DNA of 64,000 nt from an uncultured Desulfobulbaceae bacterium (GCA_947259115.1 CAMYKS010000010.1:41236-105235), one strand, 5' to 3'. Positions 1 through 8,733 are shown, numbered from the stretch's first letter. The notes: generated from the letters alone by a model not told the origin. A program made the numbers and translations.

Positions 1-69
1 CCGCCGCTGCTGCGGTTCCTGGGGTGCGCAACCGCTTATGACAAGGGAAAAGCAAAAAAATACCAGCAT
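1..69 (-). CDS. lipoprotein, N-terminal 23 codons only (gene runs off the left edge)
   Basis: The minus-strand ATG at 69..67 opens MLVFFCFSLVISGCAPQEPQQRR, a hydrophobic signal followed by a lipobox (ISG|C). It is absent from the ORF track because the window truncates it. It lies on the same strand as the PPIase-like gene, 134 nt downstream of it. Confidence 0.35.
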   Translation of the reverse strand, partial: MLVFFCFSLVISGCAPQEPQQRR

Positions 70-203
70 TCCCCAAAATAGTGTATTTCCTCTTTTCACT
101 CCAACCTCATCCATAATGATTTAATAAAACTAGAACTAATAATGATACTTTACGATGTTTTCTTCAGATCATTTTTTGTTACCTTATAATGGTTTTCAGT
201 ACT

Positions 204-1820
204 TCAGTTTGTATATTCTGCCTGCAATTTTTTCCAGGCCTTACGGTTTGCTGTTATGTCTGACTCAGCAAGGAGCATTTCAAGATATTCCTGCCGGGCA
301 CGCGAAAACTTCTCATTCTTAAGCTTCATGGAAATTTTATCCTTTACCTTTGCAAGGGGCATAGGTTCCTTGACCTTTCTGTCAACCAGCTTTGCCAAAG
401 AAACGTTATTAAACATTGCAAAGGGTTGACTCACCTCGTCTATATCAAGTTCATTTACCGCTTTGACAACTTCCGGGGACATCTGACTGGCCGGGATATT
501 CATGACAGGAATCGGGTTCAGGTTATATTTTTTACCCGCCCGGGTAAAATCCTGTCCTTGCTTCACTTCCAGCAATACATCGTTGATCGGTTTCTCTTCT
601 CCTTCCAGGAGGATTACACTCAGTGTTTCCGGCGGCCTGAACTCATCAGGATTCTCCTGGTAATACACATTAATCTCTTCGTCTGTTACCGATACCTGCG
701 ATGCGATAAGTCGTCCCTCCAATTCCTTGATCAATCTATTTTCCTGGTAAAATTCATAGGTCCATTTAAATGGGGGCTTCTCTTCATATTTCCTGTCACG
801 GGCCTCCCAGGTCAGAAGGTACTCAGCAATCATACCGTTCAAAAACCCCCTGGCCATTTTTTCCTTTTCTTCTTCGGTCCAGACCTTGTTCTTTCTGACG
901 CTGTATTCCTTACGGACATCTTTTACCACCATCCAGAAGGGCATGTTTTCCCTGTTTGTAGTAACCACAGGCCTGCCCAAAAGTTCTTTGCCCGGATCTT
1001 TATCAACCATGGCCATCAATTCCTCATCAACCCGGACATCATATTTTTTCCACAGGTCCTCGATCAGTTCAGCAGTCAGTTCAGCTTCCTTCTCCTTCCA
1101 CATCATTTCGCGAATTTGATTTTGTTTCATGTCAAATTCGTTTTCAGCAGGCTTGTTTTTTTCTTCCAGGCGTAAAATGATAAAATAATTCCCACCCTGT
1201 TGCGGTGTTGATACCTGGCCCACGGAAAATTGTTCCAGTCCATTGCGCAGTTCCTGATTATCACGGAAATTAAGAGGACGGAACCTGCCTTCTCTCAAAA
1301 AAGGGGCCCCTTCTGACCCGGCTTTTTTCTTGAGATCATCGAAGGTATATTCTTTATCTGCAATACCTCTGAAGGAATTTTCTGCTTTTTCCTCAGTGTC
1401 GAAATAGAGCAATGACATCCGGTATATGGGAGTATAATCGGCCTGGTAGCGCTCCTTCATCTCCTTTTCACTGAGTTCTAACCGGGAATCAACTGCATCG
1501 TTTTTCAACAGGATCCGGGTTCGCACCTTATAAAAAACATCAATCTTTCGCTGATAATTTGGTTCCTGGTCAAGCTCCATACTCCTGGCTTCCTGGGCCA
1601 GGAGTTTCCATTCGACAAACTGCTCTATGTCATCGGGGAAACGACTCCCTGCATCGCTCCAATTTTCCCACCAGCGCTTAAAATCATCCGGATTGTATGA
1701 AACACCGTTTATATTGACGAGATTGCCGGCATCCTTCCACGGCCATGCAGCAAAGGAAACGGCGGTGCAGAAAAGATTCACAAGAAAGGTGAGGATTATA
1801 ATATGTACTATTCTATACAT
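204..1820 (-). CDS. periplasmic SurA/PpiD-like chaperone with degenerate parvulin (PpiC-type) domains
   Basis: 538-aa ORF with an N-terminal signal or anchor (IIILTFLVNLFCTAVSFAAW). It has a helical SurA_N-like region and two parvulin-like segments (..VGQVSTPQQGGNYFIILRLEE.. and ..DEVSQPFAMFNNVSLAKLVD..). It overlaps the upstream gene by 13 nt, suggesting translational coupling. Confidence 0.6.
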   Translation of the reverse strand: MYRIVHIIILTFLVNLFCTAVSFAAWPWKDAGNLVNINGVSYNPDDFKRWWENWSDAGSRFPDDIEQFVEWKLLAQEARSMELDQEPNYQRKIDVFYKVRTRILLKNDAVDSRLELSEKEMKERYQADYTPIYRMSLLYFDTEEKAENSFRGIADKEYTFDDLKKKAGSEGAPFLREGRFRPLNFRDNQELRNGLEQFSVGQVSTPQQGGNYFIILRLEEKNKPAENEFDMKQNQIREMMWKEKEAELTAELIEDLWKKYDVRVDEELMAMVDKDPGKELLGRPVVTTNRENMPFWMVVKDVRKEYSVRKNKVWTEEEKEKMARGFLNGMIAEYLLTWEARDRKYEEKPPFKWTYEFYQENRLIKELEGRLIASQVSVTDEEINVYYQENPDEFRPPETLSVILLEGEEKPINDVLLEVKQGQDFTRAGKKYNLNPIPVMNIPASQMSPEVVKAVNELDIDEVSQPFAMFNNVSLAKLVDRKVKEPMPLAKVKDKISMKLKNEKFSRARQEYLEMLLAESDITANRKAWKKLQAEYTN

Positions 1821-2425
1821 TGTGCTATGAATCCTTCAGAGGCCCAGCGTTCAAGGATTTCCTGAGACACCAGGCTGATTAAGTTTGTTGATGTGTTGAC
1901 GACCCCAAAATGCATGACTTTGCGGTATTCGTCGCCTTTTCTTCGATGGTATGTCGTCCATATTGTTCTGCCGGAAGCTGCTTCAACCAACCGTACTTCA
2001 AGGGTCAGGAAAGGCACTTCCCTATCGCTGCCGAATTCAAGGGACTTCCCCATGTCCAGGATGTTACCTGCAATCAGGTATTGCACATTGAGATAGTTGC
2101 CAAGTATCTGCAGTTCTTCAATATTCGGCTTCCTGGCAAAGGGGATCATTCTTATCTGCCTGTAGGCATGGCGGATATCCCCTTCCTGGACGAGTTCAAA
2201 ACTGTCCAGTTCAGCGAGTTCTGCCTGAAAAATCCTATAGACAACAACAGCATCTTCAGTTGATTCTATTTCATTGGAAAAAGGCAATACTGCCAGACGG
2301 CAGACATTGGAGTCCGGCAGGCTTGTTAGTCTATGAAACTTCAAAGATTTACCGGAACAGGCGGTCAGCAACAGTAAGGAACTGAAAATAAGCAGTCCCA
2401 GTGTTGTTTTTCTTCCAAAAATCAT
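1808..2425 (-). CDS. lipoprotein with CsgG/LpoB-like alpha/beta domain (paralog 1 of 3)
   Basis: Signal peptide plus lipobox LLTAC. It carries the motif set LAVLPFSNE .. YLIAGNILDMG .. LTLEVRLVEAASGRTIWT, which is shared with the 4266..4856 product and the N-terminal domain of the 2538..4256 product. Confidence 0.55.
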   Translation of the reverse strand: MIFGRKTTLGLLIFSSLLLLTACSGKSLKFHRLTSLPDSNVCRLAVLPFSNEIESTEDAVVVYRIFQAELAELDSFELVQEGDIRHAYRQIRMIPFARKPNIEELQILGNYLNVQYLIAGNILDMGKSLEFGSDREVPFLTLEVRLVEAASGRTIWTTYHRRKGDEYRKVMHFGVVNTSTNLISLVSQEILERWASEGFIAQCIE

Positions 2426-2537
2426 TGGCTCCGTATCTCATATTGCGTCAAAGGGTACAGGTACGCATGGAAAGAATTCATGAATTAGTATAAGTATCAA
2501 GTACGAGTCGGACAAGCAGCGATGGACTATTTGTTGC

Positions 2538-4256
2538 CTATTTTTCAGATAACCAGGCCCAAGAATCATCATCTTCATTCGGAGCGTCAGAAGTTTCCTC
2601 TTCCTGGGTCCCAGTTTTACGCAGGGCCAGCAGATACAGGTCATCAATATCCACCTGGGTCTTGTTGCCTAAAACATCCCGCAGAACAACCCGCCCTTCA
2701 ATTTTACTGTTGTCCTCTGCATCCCACTCAAAAGGGATGGTAAAATGGGCGGGCAACTCATTACCATCCGCAGATTTCAGCAATTCTCCGGTTTCGTTCC
2801 AAACCTCCAGCATCCAGTACTGTAAAGGTATTTCCTTATCCTGGCTGTCCACGATAATCTGCAGGGCATTGCTGGCTTTCTCAACCTCCAGGGTCAAATC
2901 AGGTGGATGTGGTCTATAGGCTACTTCCTCGAGGGTCTCCACCTCGTTGCCGGCCCTGTCCCAACCCTTTAATCGCAAGCGGTAAATTCCTTCCTGCACT
3001 GGAAAACCGTTAAAACCCTGGCCGCGCCAATGAAGTTTTCTCGGCAGGCTCCCTTTTCCCTCGTCACCCATGACAACCTTGCCGGTTTCATCCTCAACCC
3101 GTATCTGCCAGTGGGAAAAAGGTTCGCGATTCTTTACTGTCGGCAGAATAAAGATTTTATCCCTGAAGGTAATCAAACCCTTCAGTTTACGTCCTTTTAT
3201 CAGCAGATTAATGTCGGGCGGCGTACTGTCAACTGTATAATTCCCGACAAATGCGAGCTGCTGATCACCGGCCGGCCAACGCAGGATAAGGCTTACAGGA
3301 TACACATCATCCTCTATGGCCCCTGCCCATACCCCTTCAAAAAACTGAGGCTTAAGATCGGTGGCAGCCAGGTTTAGGGACTCGTGGCCGACTTCACGGA
3401 AAATTCCTTTCTCAATTTCCGAGCCTGTCCAGGAGGCTTCATAAAAAAGACCGTCTGTCGACTGCTGCGCCAGATGGACACGGTTACCGACCTTGATGAA
3501 TATCTGGGGGCTGTCGTATTGCTCTTCGTCAGTATCAAGCTGCACAATGCATTTTACCTGCTCACCAGGCCTCACATAACGGGGGGTCAAATTCATTTTC
3601 TTAATCTGCAATGTCGGGGGACGCTCCCCGGCCTCGGAATCGAATATGAGCGCCTGATTTACTCTCTCATCCATATCAGCAGGCCATTCGGATAACACCT
3701 TTTTTACAAGAATGGGCCAGAGCTCATCCAGGGTTGCCGGTTCGTTCAGGCCCAACATATGCTGCATATCAGCAAGGCTCAAGCCCCCGGTGTTTGTCCA
3801 TATTGTTTTACCGTCTCTGGTACGCACAAGGCTAAGGGACAGGCCGAAGGTCGGTGAATTCTTGGCATCACGCTGGCTGATTGTGCCGAAGAGAACCAGG
3901 TCCACACCCAGTTTTTTCTGCAGCAGAAGTAAACGGTCGGTATCCAGATAACTGAGCCAGCGCACCCGTTCAGAAGCCATGAAGGAAATGATGTCATCCT
4001 CCAAGGCAATACTGAGACCTCTGGCGGCCATTTCCTCGTATAAATAGCGGGTAATTTCAAAGTTGGTGCTGTTGATTCCCCTACTCAGGTCCTCAACGGG
4101 AAAAACTGCAATGGATTCCTGCCGCGCAGAGGCAATATCCACCGGGGTAATAATCAAAAATGCGGCCAGCATCAGGATTGCAGCACTGCCCGAAATTGCG
4201 GCCAAAAACCTGTGATAAAAGAATTTCTTATGCGGATAATTCAATGTGTACTTCAT
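2538..4256 (-). CDS. membrane-anchored CsgG/LpoB-like domain protein with C-terminal Ig-like/FlgD-Ig-like beta-sandwich repeats (paralog 2 of 3)
   Basis: 572 aa with an N-terminal TM helix (AILMLAAFLIITPV). The N-terminal domain carries IAVFPVEDL .. LVLFGTISQ .. LSLSLVRTRDGKTIWT. The C-terminal two thirds is beta-rich, with a FlgD-Ig-like segment (LHWRGQGFNGFPVQEGIYRLRLKGWDRAGN) and an acidic tail. Confidence 0.5.
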   Translation of the reverse strand: MKYTLNYPHKKFFYHRFLAAISGSAAILMLAAFLIITPVDIASARQESIAVFPVEDLSRGINSTNFEITRYLYEEMAARGLSIALEDDIISFMASERVRWLSYLDTDRLLLLQKKLGVDLVLFGTISQRDAKNSPTFGLSLSLVRTRDGKTIWTNTGGLSLADMQHMLGLNEPATLDELWPILVKKVLSEWPADMDERVNQALIFDSEAGERPPTLQIKKMNLTPRYVRPGEQVKCIVQLDTDEEQYDSPQIFIKVGNRVHLAQQSTDGLFYEASWTGSEIEKGIFREVGHESLNLAATDLKPQFFEGVWAGAIEDDVYPVSLILRWPAGDQQLAFVGNYTVDSTPPDINLLIKGRKLKGLITFRDKIFILPTVKNREPFSHWQIRVEDETGKVVMGDEGKGSLPRKLHWRGQGFNGFPVQEGIYRLRLKGWDRAGNEVETLEEVAYRPHPPDLTLEVEKASNALQIIVDSQDKEIPLQYWMLEVWNETGELLKSADGNELPAHFTIPFEWDAEDNSKIEGRVVLRDVLGNKTQVDIDDLYLLALRKTGTQEEETSDAPNEDDDSWAWLSEK

Positions 4257-4265
4257 GGAAACGTA

Positions 4266-4856
4266 TTAAAAATAACCGGCTGGAGCTGTCTTCAACAAAG
4301 TCCTGACCAGTTTAAGGGTTACCTGGTAGGAGTCATCGGCTTTGAGGCCTAACAATCTCCTGCCAAATGATTCGCCGCTTAAGTTCCCGGAAGCCTGCCA
4401 CAGGATCAGGCCAGAATTGACCTCTAATAACCTGAGAGTCAGGGCCATTTCCGGATAATCGGAGCTTCCTATCCTGCCGGTCCCGGCAAGGTCAATGGTC
4501 CCGAGGATGACTGCCTGGGTATCCAGGCGCTGACCTATCCTTTTCAGGGTCAAGGGGTCAATTGGAGCTCCTCTTTCAACACCCTCCTCATAAAGTACGT
4601 TGTCAACCAGCACCTTTTCCACGGTGTCGAACAATCCCAGTTCCAGAACCTGAGTAATGGTGACATCCCGGGCCCGTTCAGCGGCAAAAGTATCCGAACT
4701 GTTATTCTCAAAGGGAATGACCGCTATGCGTTGAATAAAACCGAAATCCACCTCTTCCCGCACAAACGATTTTGTTACCGCTCTGCCGCCGCAGCCGGTG
4801 AGCAAAAGAACCCAAAATAGTAAGCACCCATAGAATACCAATTTTCGCATGATCAT
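4266..4856 (-). CDS. lipoprotein with CsgG/LpoB-like alpha/beta domain (paralog 3 of 3)
   Basis: Signal peptide plus lipobox LLTGC. Motifs IAVIPFENN .. AVILGTIDLAG .. LTLRLLEVNSGLILWQ. Its stop lies 9 nt before the start of the next gene. Confidence 0.55.
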   Translation of the reverse strand: MIMRKLVFYGCLLFWVLLLTGCGGRAVTKSFVREEVDFGFIQRIAVIPFENNSSDTFAAERARDVTITQVLELGLFDTVEKVLVDNVLYEEGVERGAPIDPLTLKRIGQRLDTQAVILGTIDLAGTGRIGSSDYPEMALTLRLLEVNSGLILWQASGNLSGESFGRRLLGLKADDSYQVTLKLVRTLLKTAPAGYF

Positions 4857-4998
4857 TCCCCTTATAACGTTTTATGCAATTATAATTCCTGTTTTGCAAA
4901 TAACAATGAAATAACTCATTATTTTTTTTAAAGTTATGTATTTAGGCCCAAAAAACATCAACTGTCCCCACTTGCAACAAAACTTCACGCCTGACCCA

Positions 4999-7062
4999 TT
5001 AATCGGGTTTTGTATAATGATAGTTCAAGCGTGCCTGAAAGCTCCACTGGTCATCTTCCTCTTCAGTGATCCCGTAATTACCGGACAAATTAAAGTTGAA
5101 CACGGGATTGATCAACCAACTCCATATGCCGGTGAAAAAGTGATCCGTATCATCCTGATGGAGTAAATTGTATGACAGTGTGACCCTGTTCTTCCTGTTG
5201 GGCGCAATTCCCAGTTCAACCCTGTAAGCGGTTGATGTATCAGATTCGTCACCCCAGTCAACAATCAATGTATTATTGACATACATTATTTCGGACAAGC
5301 GCCAGTTCAGGGTTGCATCATTCCTATGGGCATCGGTGTTGTCATCGAGATCCCTTGAAAATCTCTGATCCAGAGTGAATATCAGGGAGGGTCGCAACCG
5401 GGCGGTTAGTTGCAGCCTTTCTGAAAAGGTATCAGTCCGGAAGCCTTCACGTGCATCGGTATAATTCAGGTCGAGTGAGCTGTCGAGGTCATCATAGAGC
5501 TGGGCTGTGGCATTAAAGCTATAGTTATTGTAGCGCTCATACAGATCACTGTCCTCATAATTTTCATTTCGTGTAGCACCCAGGCTTACATCCAGGGTAT
5601 CAAGGGGTGAACTGCTTAAGGACAGGCCGTATCTCCGGTACTTCTTCTCCGGGCGCTCATCGGGCATGTCCCTGTTTTCACTTGCATTTATCCTGGCGGC
5701 AAAATACCTCCCCGGCGACCAGGTCAGCGCACCGTTATTATCTATGCGCTCCCGGTCATCTGCAGCGGAGTTTTCCTGCCTGTCATAGGAGAAGTTATAG
5801 TTGAAGCGCAGGTTCTGCATGAGCTGATAGGCAAGGTTGAAGCGGCTCTGGTATGTCTCCCTGATTATATCATCATCAATACCTGACCCTCCCTCTTCAC
5901 CAAATATCTTACGGAACAACTCCATGGCAACAATCTCGGTAACCTGCGTGGGCAGCAGGCTGCCTGTGTCTGCCACAAGTTTCAGCCAACGCTCATCCAG
6001 GCTGTCCACCTCAAATTCAAAGCGCTGCTCCAGGTCATCGTAAACAAAGGGCAGCGAGGCTTCCTCCAGTACCCAGTCGATGCCATTGTCACTGCTGTAG
6101 AGATCCCAGGAAAAATTGGAGGCAAATTCATCAATCTCATTCTGGGCAGTCAGATAAATGACATCAACCTGCTGAAAATCGCTGTTGACGCCAAGGTTCA
6201 TGGGTTCATTTGCCGGTTTTATTTCCAGAATGACCGGCGGGTCTTCATCAGTCAGGAGAAAGGAGGCATCGTTGGTCAGGGCCCCTGTCAGCGGATCAGT
6301 GGTCTCTTCATAGGATGCCTGGGAAACTATGGCCGGCAGCAGGGCGAAACCACCTTCTCCGGTCCGGCCGGAAAAAGAATTTTTATTGTGCAGGTAGTTC
6401 AGGGTAAGGCCGAGGCGCAGCCGCTTGCTGAAGAGACTCTGGGCCGCTCTCAGGCCGGCACGCTGGGTGAGGTTTTCGCTTTCAATGTCGTTTTTCTCGA
6501 TGGCATTGTCCCGATTCCAGTCGAAACTGTAGTAAAGGCTCATCCAGTTCCAGTAGGCCCAGCCCACGCGTCCGTCGGCAAAATCTATACGGCTTGTGGT
6601 TTCCGAATCTATTTTGGCGCCCCTCTGTCCGTAAGACATGGACATGGTCGGTAAAGACCGGTTTATCCAGGAACTCCCCAGGCGGCTGGACCAGAACCAG
6701 TTCTCACGATCATCGTTTTTGGAATCCGTCCTGTAACTGTAATTACCGTAGAGGCTGAAGCTGTATATATCGTTGAAATTATTCAGGGTAAGGGCTGGAG
6801 AGATGATATCACTGTCGTAGTCTTCTTCAATACGCTTGGAGTAGCGCAGGCTGCCGTCCATAGTTATATTATCCGTCAGGTCTGTCCTGCCGCTGTAGCT
6901 GGCATTATAATTCTGGCGGAAATCGCTATCCTGGTCCTTGCTGTCAGCGTAGGACCACTGGCCGTTAAGGCTCAATGCGCCTGCTGCCGCACCATGCACC
7001 CCACACTGGCTGCACAGAAGTACTGCACAGAAAAGCCTCAGAAGTTTTGCAAGGACTCTCAT
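4999..7062 (-). CDS. predicted outer-membrane beta-barrel protein with a central soluble (jelly-roll/discoidin-like) insert
   Basis: The ORF runs to 7152, but Met at 7062 starts a plausible signal peptide (MRVLAKLLRLFCAVLLCSQCGVHGAAAGA). The composition is rich in N/D/S/Y, with many alternating amphipathic strands (YSFSLYGNYSYR, LRLGLTLNYLH, RFNYNFSYD, RVTLSYNLLH). A middle segment of ~130 aa (..FSWDLYSSDNGIDWVLEEA..ERWLKLVADTG..) is not barrel-like. Confidence 0.55.
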   Translation of the reverse strand: MRVLAKLLRLFCAVLLCSQCGVHGAAAGALSLNGQWSYADSKDQDSDFRQNYNASYSGRTDLTDNITMDGSLRYSKRIEEDYDSDIISPALTLNNFNDIYSFSLYGNYSYRTDSKNDDRENWFWSSRLGSSWINRSLPTMSMSYGQRGAKIDSETTSRIDFADGRVGWAYWNWMSLYYSFDWNRDNAIEKNDIESENLTQRAGLRAAQSLFSKRLRLGLTLNYLHNKNSFSGRTGEGGFALLPAIVSQASYEETTDPLTGALTNDASFLLTDEDPPVILEIKPANEPMNLGVNSDFQQVDVIYLTAQNEIDEFASNFSWDLYSSDNGIDWVLEEASLPFVYDDLEQRFEFEVDSLDERWLKLVADTGSLLPTQVTEIVAMELFRKIFGEEGGSGIDDDIIRETYQSRFNLAYQLMQNLRFNYNFSYDRQENSAADDRERIDNNGALTWSPGRYFAARINASENRDMPDERPEKKYRRYGLSLSSSPLDTLDVSLGATRNENYEDSDLYERYNNYSFNATAQLYDDLDSSLDLNYTDAREGFRTDTFSERLQLTARLRPSLIFTLDQRFSRDLDDNTDAHRNDATLNWRLSEIMYVNNTLIVDWGDESDTSTAYRVELGIAPNRKNRVTLSYNLLHQDDTDHFFTGIWSWLINPVFNFNLSGNYGITEEEDDQWSFQARLNYHYTKPD

Positions 7063-7234
7063 GGTGTTGTTCGCGGATGTTCCTCTTTGAATTCCCTCAT
7101 CACCCCTTGCAGCAATGCTGCTCCACCAACCGGATACTCCGTAGCACAGCACGGAAAAAGTGCACTGTAAAAAATGTTTGCCGGGTCATGCGCTCAGTAT
7201 ATTTACTGCTGCTGCAGAGACCGGTCAGCCTGCA

Positions 7235-7279
7235 TAAAAATCTGGCCCCTCGATGAACTTTTCTTGATCACGAGGGGCC
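7235..7279 (-). terminator. intrinsic terminator downstream of the OmcS-like gene
   Basis: The minus strand reads GGCCCCTCGTGA-loop-TCATCGAGGGGCC followed by AGATTTTTAT. The stem has 9+3 bp with one bulged T and is followed by a T-run, 57 nt after the stop codon. Confidence 0.7.
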
Positions 7280-7335
7280 AGGTTAAGACCACATCAGGCC
7301 TTATGCATGGTTATGCAGCGTAACACTGCAAAAAT

Positions 7336-8409
7336 TTACTTTGTTGTGTGGCACACAAAGCATCCATCCGTACCGCCAGTGCCTGCATCCATGAGGCCAT
7401 AGGACCAGCGCAGCATATCGGCATAGGGCGATCCATGGGCCCGGTGGCACGAGGTACAGACAACGATGTCGTCGCCTGCAGCCACCGCAGAGAAGCTGAG
7501 GGAGCCTGCGCCTGTTGTATTGGTGCCGACCGGGGACTGCACCTCATAGGTGACATAGGCTGCATACTCAGTGCCTGTGGCAGCACTCAACTGGAAATCG
7601 GTGGGATGGCGTCTCCAGGGTGAAGCACTACCGGCACCCAGATCCGTTGCAGGAACGTAGGTGCCGTGGAAATCACCGTGGCATAGGTTGCAATGCGCCT
7701 GGAAGGTATCTGAGGAACCTGTTGCCGGAGTTGCATCACCATAGTAAGCGTTATGGTCGTCGGAAGCATAGGTGAACTCCCAGTCCCCATTCTCACCGCC
7801 CTGGATATAAGAGGCCCCACCACCACTCAGAAAACGGTAACTGGCGCCCCTGCTGGAACCATCGGCCCAGCCGTCGGTATCCGTTGAATAGGTGCTGCCA
7901 GCATTGTAATGATGCGCACCGCCGATATGACAGCTCTCGCATTCAATTAAGTTGCCGCTAAAATTCGTGCCAACTGTGTTTCCCGGGGGTTCGCTCAGGG
8001 TTGCGTCGGGACTGGCTACACCAACAACGTTGTGCCCCTTGTTATCCTCAGCATCACCGGAGGTAGCAACCCAATAGAAATTTCCACCGGCTAGCGTAAT
8101 ACCAGTGTTACCTGTCTCGTCATAGGCTGGGTCTGTAGTGTGCAGAACAATGGGCGCGCTCCACTGGGCACTGACCGCGCCGTCTCCCGCATCACCGGTG
8201 TGGCAGGCCACACAACCGGCTACCCGCAGCAGGTAATTCTGCGCCTGAGTGGTGCCCACTGTCATGTGTGTACCATCCTGGCTGTTGTGCATGGCGTGAC
8301 ATTTGTTGCACAACCCCACCATGACTGCATCCGCCGTGCCCTGGGCCAGCAGAAATACCCCGGTGGCCATAGCACTGCAGAGTAAAGTCCTTGTTAGCAA
8401 TTTTTTCAT
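7336..8409 (-). CDS. omcS: OmcS-family hexaheme c-type cytochrome (candidate nanowire subunit)
   Basis: 357 aa with a Sec signal (..AQGTADA|V) and six CxxCH motifs at C34, C66, C157, C240, C318 and C350. Colinear blocks match my recollection of G. sulfurreducens OmcS: CNKCHAMHNS, GGNFYWV, NKGHNVVG, YRFLSGG, CNLCHGDFH, RRHP, CTSCHRAHGSPYADMLRW and C-terminal CFVCHTTK. A strong SD (AGGAGG) precedes the ATG. Confidence 0.85.
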   Translation of the reverse strand: MKKLLTRTLLCSAMATGVFLLAQGTADAVMVGLCNKCHAMHNSQDGTHMTVGTTQAQNYLLRVAGCVACHTGDAGDGAVSAQWSAPIVLHTTDPAYDETGNTGITLAGGNFYWVATSGDAEDNKGHNVVGVASPDATLSEPPGNTVGTNFSGNLIECESCHIGGAHHYNAGSTYSTDTDGWADGSSRGASYRFLSGGGASYIQGGENGDWEFTYASDDHNAYYGDATPATGSSDTFQAHCNLCHGDFHGTYVPATDLGAGSASPWRRHPTDFQLSAATGTEYAAYVTYEVQSPVGTNTTGAGSLSFSAVAAGDDIVVCTSCHRAHGSPYADMLRWSYGLMDAGTGGTDGCFVCHTTK

Positions 8410-8601
8410 TCCACCCTCCTACTCAAAATTCGTTGTCTCTTGTGAAGCGGTGAGGACTGATCCCCTCCCAGCTTCGCCGCTCTTCCTAAAATTAGTTAGT
8501 ATCTACCGTAAATAACCACCTGATGCAACTGGAAATAATTTTCTTTCTTGTTTAATTTTCATTTTGTGTTTAGTGGCATATATAAAGTCATTCTATCTAT
8601 A

Positions 8602-8617
8602 TGCAATTATTGCGCCA
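8602..8617 (-). promoter_or_regulatory. candidate sigma54 (RpoN) -24/-12 promoter for the OmcS-like gene
   Basis: The minus strand reads TGGCGCAATAATTGCA against the consensus TGGCAC-N5-TTGCW. The GG-N10-GC spacing is exact. It lies ~190 nt upstream of the ATG at 8409. Confidence 0.5.
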
Positions 8618-8733
8618 CAAGCAACGAAAAATACGTAACAAAAAGTTCCTAGTCATATAGCATCCAGTCAGCCCTTGTACAATCAACGGTTCATCCCTTG
8701 CAAAATTTTATTGCAAAATTCCATGGAAACCTC

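Noticed and set aside
426-1175. A 249-aa plus-strand ORF, and many similar ORFs (e.g. 2662..2919, 3030..3377, 5607..5804, 36395..37003, 51726..52229), lying antisense to or out of frame with strong genes.
   Set aside because: Their translations are low-complexity (F/L/S/R-rich), they have no start context, and they fully overlap genes with clear family signatures on the other strand. They are typical shadow ORFs.
7311-7826. Two same-strand alternative-frame ORFs (7311..7586 and 7587..7826) inside the OmcS-like gene.
   Set aside because: They are out of frame with the six-heme reading frame, have no heme motifs or signal peptide, and lack independent start signals.
8675-8692. An IHF-like site (AATCAACGGTTCA) between the palindrome and the sigma54-like element.
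   Set aside because: It fits WATCAA but not the TTR part of the consensus, so it is too weak to report.
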